A stretch of 64,000 nucleotides of DNA, from positions 53,569 through 117,568 of the IMG/VR virus record IMGVR_UViG_3300025600_000001, one strand, 5' to 3'. Under the pieces are notes generated by a model. It had not been told where the DNA came from. It worked only from the letters and a program-made list of their open reading frames with translations, and did not search any database. Origin of the DNA: a virus. Of this stretch, positions 61,052-64,000 are shown piece after piece (the stretch's first letter is position 1; each line of letters starts with the position of its first letter). A program made the position numbers and the translations under genes.

Positions 61052-61092
61052 TAATATTCCTGTTTAATATTACCTTGTTCCTGATCAGCCAT
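61051..61092 (-). pseudogene. orphaned 5' end of the muzzle gene
   Basis: MADQEQGNIKQEY* versus the muzzle start MDNEPSNIKIHQ; stop overlaps the HNH ATG (TAATG). Confidence 0.6.
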
Positions 61093-61097
61093 GATAA

Positions 61098-62063
61098 TTA
61101 ATTATTACGTCTTCCTAATCCGTGTCTATTTGTGCGATTAGGAAGTTCATACATATTAAATCTATTCAATGTTTGTTTTATCTGCATTTGCTTTTCATTA
61201 ACAGTTTTTTTCATTATCTCAGTGTTAGCTAATATAAATGTTTCATCTGAAAGTTGTTTATAGTAAACCATTTTTTGTTGAAGCTGATTAAATGTTTCAT
61301 CATTTGTTTGATTAGTTAATGTCTCAAACATTTTAAATTTAATAAAAGCTTCAATATATTCTTTAATACGATAGTTATCAGGAATCATTTGATTTTGTAC
61401 GTCATCATATTCTGTACTATAGAAAATTAAATAGACAGCATTATTTCTAAAATTGACTACAAATTTATTATCTCTAACATCAAATGTTAATGCGTCACTA
61501 CCATGTGGATTAGTTTCATGAACATGTGATTGTTTCTCCCAATCGTTCATATAATTTACGTCACAATGTTTTCTTGCAGATATATTACCTGGTTTAAGTA
61601 ATTGTTGTTTTCTAAAAGATCTTGTAGATTGATGATTTGTTTTATAAACAGCCTGTAGAATTTCAGGTAGACATGTACCAGTACAATTTGGATCTTGACA
61701 CAAAGGATTACCACAAGGTTTTCCTCCTATAGTTAGAGGTGCGATTTGAATAGTTGTAGAAGATGTTTGTGAATAAAATGAATTAGCAGTTTGATGAGTG
61801 ACATCATCCATCTCTATACATAGCCAAGCTTCTCTTACAGCAACAAAGTTATCTGGAAGTCTTGCCTGAAAATCCTCTATATACAGCATTTCCTCACTAA
61901 TCACATAACTGGATCGTCCTAATTTTCTAAGACATTTATCTACATAAGTAGGAAATAGTAAATCATCAATCGCACCAGTATCATAATATGACTTAAATTC
62001 CTCTTTTATAATAGCGAATATAGATTCTGGACTTATGAAATTATATTTGTAGTAATAGCTCAT
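61098..62063 (-). CDS. tail tubular / ring protein
   Basis: Position between the IHF-like gene and the muzzle; ARLPDNF..VRE, QMIPDN..YIEAFIK. Confidence 0.65.
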   Translation of the reverse strand: MSYYYKYNFISPESIFAIIKEEFKSYYDTGAIDDLLFPTYVDKCLRKLGRSSYVISEEMLYIEDFQARLPDNFVAVREAWLCIEMDDVTHQTANSFYSQTSSTTIQIAPLTIGGKPCGNPLCQDPNCTGTCLPEILQAVYKTNHQSTRSFRKQQLLKPGNISARKHCDVNYMNDWEKQSHVHETNPHGSDALTFDVRDNKFVVNFRNNAVYLIFYSTEYDDVQNQMIPDNYRIKEYIEAFIKFKMFETLTNQTNDETFNQLQQKMVYYKQLSDETFILANTEIMKKTVNEKQMQIKQTLNRFNMYELPNRTNRHGLGRRNN

Positions 62064-62512
62064 AACTTACTGTATTTACCTGATTTAATATACTTATATA
62101 CTTTAGAAACTGCTTCTTCTATAGATAATCCCTTTCTTAATCTTGCTTGTATAGTTTGTTGAGGAATTCCTATTTCATTAGCTAAATCTTGTAGTATATA
62201 GTTTTTATTTTTATATACTAAATATACAGAGTCTCGTCTATTTCTATCCTGAGTATATCTAGTAGACCATTTACAATTTTCTTTACAATAATTTCCATTA
62301 ACATCTAGTCTATCTAAAGAATATTTTTTACTTGGTTTATCTCCCATATCTTCAAAAAAACCATCAAACATTAACCATCTATCACAAACGATAATTCCTC
62401 TTCCTCCATAGTTTTTAAAATGTTTATTCTTTGAATTAAAACATCTTTGTTTCATTGATTCCCAAGAACTATATTCAGTAGTTGTTGATTTTGTATTATT
62501 AATCTGTTTCAT
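62060..62512 (-). mobile_element. free-standing HNH-type homing endonuclease
   Basis: EYSSWESMKQRC, YGGRGIIVCDRW, SLDRLDVNGNYCKENCKW; own promoter-like TTTG..TATCTTTA upstream. Confidence 0.85.
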
Positions 62513-62572
62513 ATCTTTGTTTTATATTATTAAAGATACTATATTTAATTAAGAATACCAAAAATATGATTT

Positions 62573-63058
62573 TTATATTTTATTGTGTTGCCATTCTCTA
62601 TATATATGTTGATACTTTGGGTCAACTCTCAAGTAATGTGTTATCATTCTTGAAGTAGTTCTACATGGTTTAAAATACCATACCTGAGGAAGTATAAATT
62701 GTGCTGTTCGTTTAAACCAGTACCATTTAAAAAAGTATCCTTCAGTTTCGTAATTTAAGTTATATATCCTCTTTCCTTTTGCCATTGTTTTAACCCAGTC
62801 AATAGGAAGATTTATTCTCTTTTCTCCATTGACTATCTTCATACAATTTCGTTTCATCTTTAGAATAGAGAATTCACCTAATCCATTAGGAAGTTTTGCT
62901 TTCTCACCACTTTCAAGAATGTAATTTCTAAACCATTCACTATATCCGTATATAATATTTTTCCATTCTAAGAAGGATATAGTTATAGTAGGATGAGTTT
63001 TACAAAAATCCTTGTAGTTTGTTTTACTTGCACTTCGCCATTCAATCTTCTGCCTCAT
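62573..63058 (-). CDS. IHF/HU-like DNA-binding protein
   Basis: GEKAKLPNGLGEFSI..IDWVKT..YFFKWYW; conserved crAss-like position before the tail tubular gene. Confidence 0.6.
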   Translation of the reverse strand: MRQKIEWRSASKTNYKDFCKTHPTITISFLEWKNIIYGYSEWFRNYILESGEKAKLPNGLGEFSILKMKRNCMKIVNGEKRINLPIDWVKTMAKGKRIYNLNYETEGYFFKWYWFKRTAQFILPQVWYFKPCRTTSRMITHYLRVDPKYQHIYREWQHNKI

Positions 63059-63061
63059 ATC

Positions 63062-63802
63062 TTACTGTGGTTGTTTAGTTTGTGAACTTTGTTGTGATGC
63101 TCCTTGAGAGTCAATACCATCCTGAGAAATATCTGCTTTAATTCTAAAATATGTATTTAATAATTGTTGTGAAGTCATTTGAAGAACTGGTTTATGTAGA
63201 TATCCAGGAAGAGCAAATTCCTTATCCAATGGATTCTTACACCAATCATCATCCGAAATATTATCTCCACAATCACAACCTGTATACATAACCTCATTTG
63301 GTATATCTTCTTCAAAAAATGCCACTAATCGTATTGATTGAATCATAGGATTAGTAACGTAAAGATAATCATTTGAAATCCAAAAATACTCATCCTTTTT
63401 TATAAAAGGAAGTTTTAATAAATTTAGATAACGATTTACTGATATCTCTTTAATTTTCTTACCTTTTCCACCCATAGCATTTATAGAATACACACCTTGT
63501 ATAACATATTGGTAATTTCCTTCAGATATATGAGGAATTTTAAATTCACTTCTGGCTATATTACACTGATCTACATAATCACAACATTCAGAGATAGGAA
63601 CTTCCTTCATCTTTACACAAGGGATTGTTGTAAATAATGTATCGGTTGCCCATAATTTCCTAAGATTAGTCTCTCGTTTGACTAACATCAATGTACATTG
63701 TCTAATCTCCGAGGCTATAACTCTGTCGGTTATGAGCGAATCTGTACTTAACAATTTATGTTCTGACCTGATCGAAGAAACTAAAACTCTGAGTGTTGCC
63801 AT
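63062..63802 (-). CDS. structural (ring/neck-like) protein
   Basis: 246-aa ORF in the structural block; YFWISNDYLY..FFEED. Confidence 0.6.
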   Translation of the reverse strand: MATLRVLVSSIRSEHKLLSTDSLITDRVIASEIRQCTLMLVKRETNLRKLWATDTLFTTIPCVKMKEVPISECCDYVDQCNIARSEFKIPHISEGNYQYVIQGVYSINAMGGKGKKIKEISVNRYLNLLKLPFIKKDEYFWISNDYLYVTNPMIQSIRLVAFFEEDIPNEVMYTGCDCGDNISDDDWCKNPLDKEFALPGYLHKPVLQMTSQQLLNTYFRIKADISQDGIDSQGASQQSSQTKQPQ

Positions 63803-63851
63803 GATAAACTGTTTGAAATTTTAGTAAATATATATTTTTTAATTTTATAAA

Positions 63852-63998
63852 TTAACTGCATAGATCAATTAATACTATTGTTACATCTGTAGTACTTAAA
63901 GAATCTACTAACAAACAAGGTGTAGTGATACTTTCATCCATTGTCAACTCGGCATTAAATAATCCACCTGAACAATATTGTGCTGTAAAATAAACTCC
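63852..63998 (-). CDS. C-terminal end of a Cys-containing protein, cut by the window edge
   Basis: Open frame GVYFTAQYCSGG...IDLCS*. Confidence 0.45.
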   Translation of the reverse strand, partial: GVYFTAQYCSGGLFNAELTMDESITTPCLLVDSLSTTDVTIVLIDLCS

Positions 63999-64000
63999 AC

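Noticed and set aside
62512-62573. Fourth duplicated N-terminus upstream of the 62060-62512 HNH gene
   Set aside because: No remnant of MSYYYKYNF is visible; only a promoter-like sequence
1-64000. Stop-codon reassignment, as in some crAss-like phages
   Set aside because: Very long ORFs are intact under the standard code, and TAG and TGA both end tightly coupled genes

Overview
AT-rich fragment of a crAss-like (Crassvirales-related) Bacteroidota phage, read with the standard genetic code. The + strand block (1-15.9 kb) carries DNA metabolism genes (uracil-DNA glycosylase, rIIA/rIIB, a PD-(D/E)xK nuclease, RecA, MazG-like and HNH proteins, a RepL-like protein) and ends in a GT2 / methyltransferase / GT2 cluster. 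The - strand block (15.9-64 kb) carries virion genes: ring/tail-tubular proteins, an IHF-like protein, a muzzle (tail stabilization) gene apparently in three pieces, cargo proteins, a 4308-aa virion RNA polymerase (DFDVD motif), fibres/decorations and a lysis module. Five observations stand out. (1) A candidate virion protein O-glycosylation system: a plant SGT1/HPAT-like transferase and a GT4 + Aah/TibC-like transferase sit among many Ser/Thr-rich structural proteins. (2) Three unrelated free-standing homing endonucleases each lie between an orphaned 5' end of a gene and a diverged replacement 5' end of the same gene. (3) Two DUF3494 ice-binding-like domains occur on probable virion proteins. 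(4) An array of six Lys-rich microproteins, missed or mis-started by the ORF track, shares an xxGG motif with the cargo proteins. (5) Decoration proteins show a modular anchor-plus-payload design. All family assignments come from reading motifs by eye; no database search was run.
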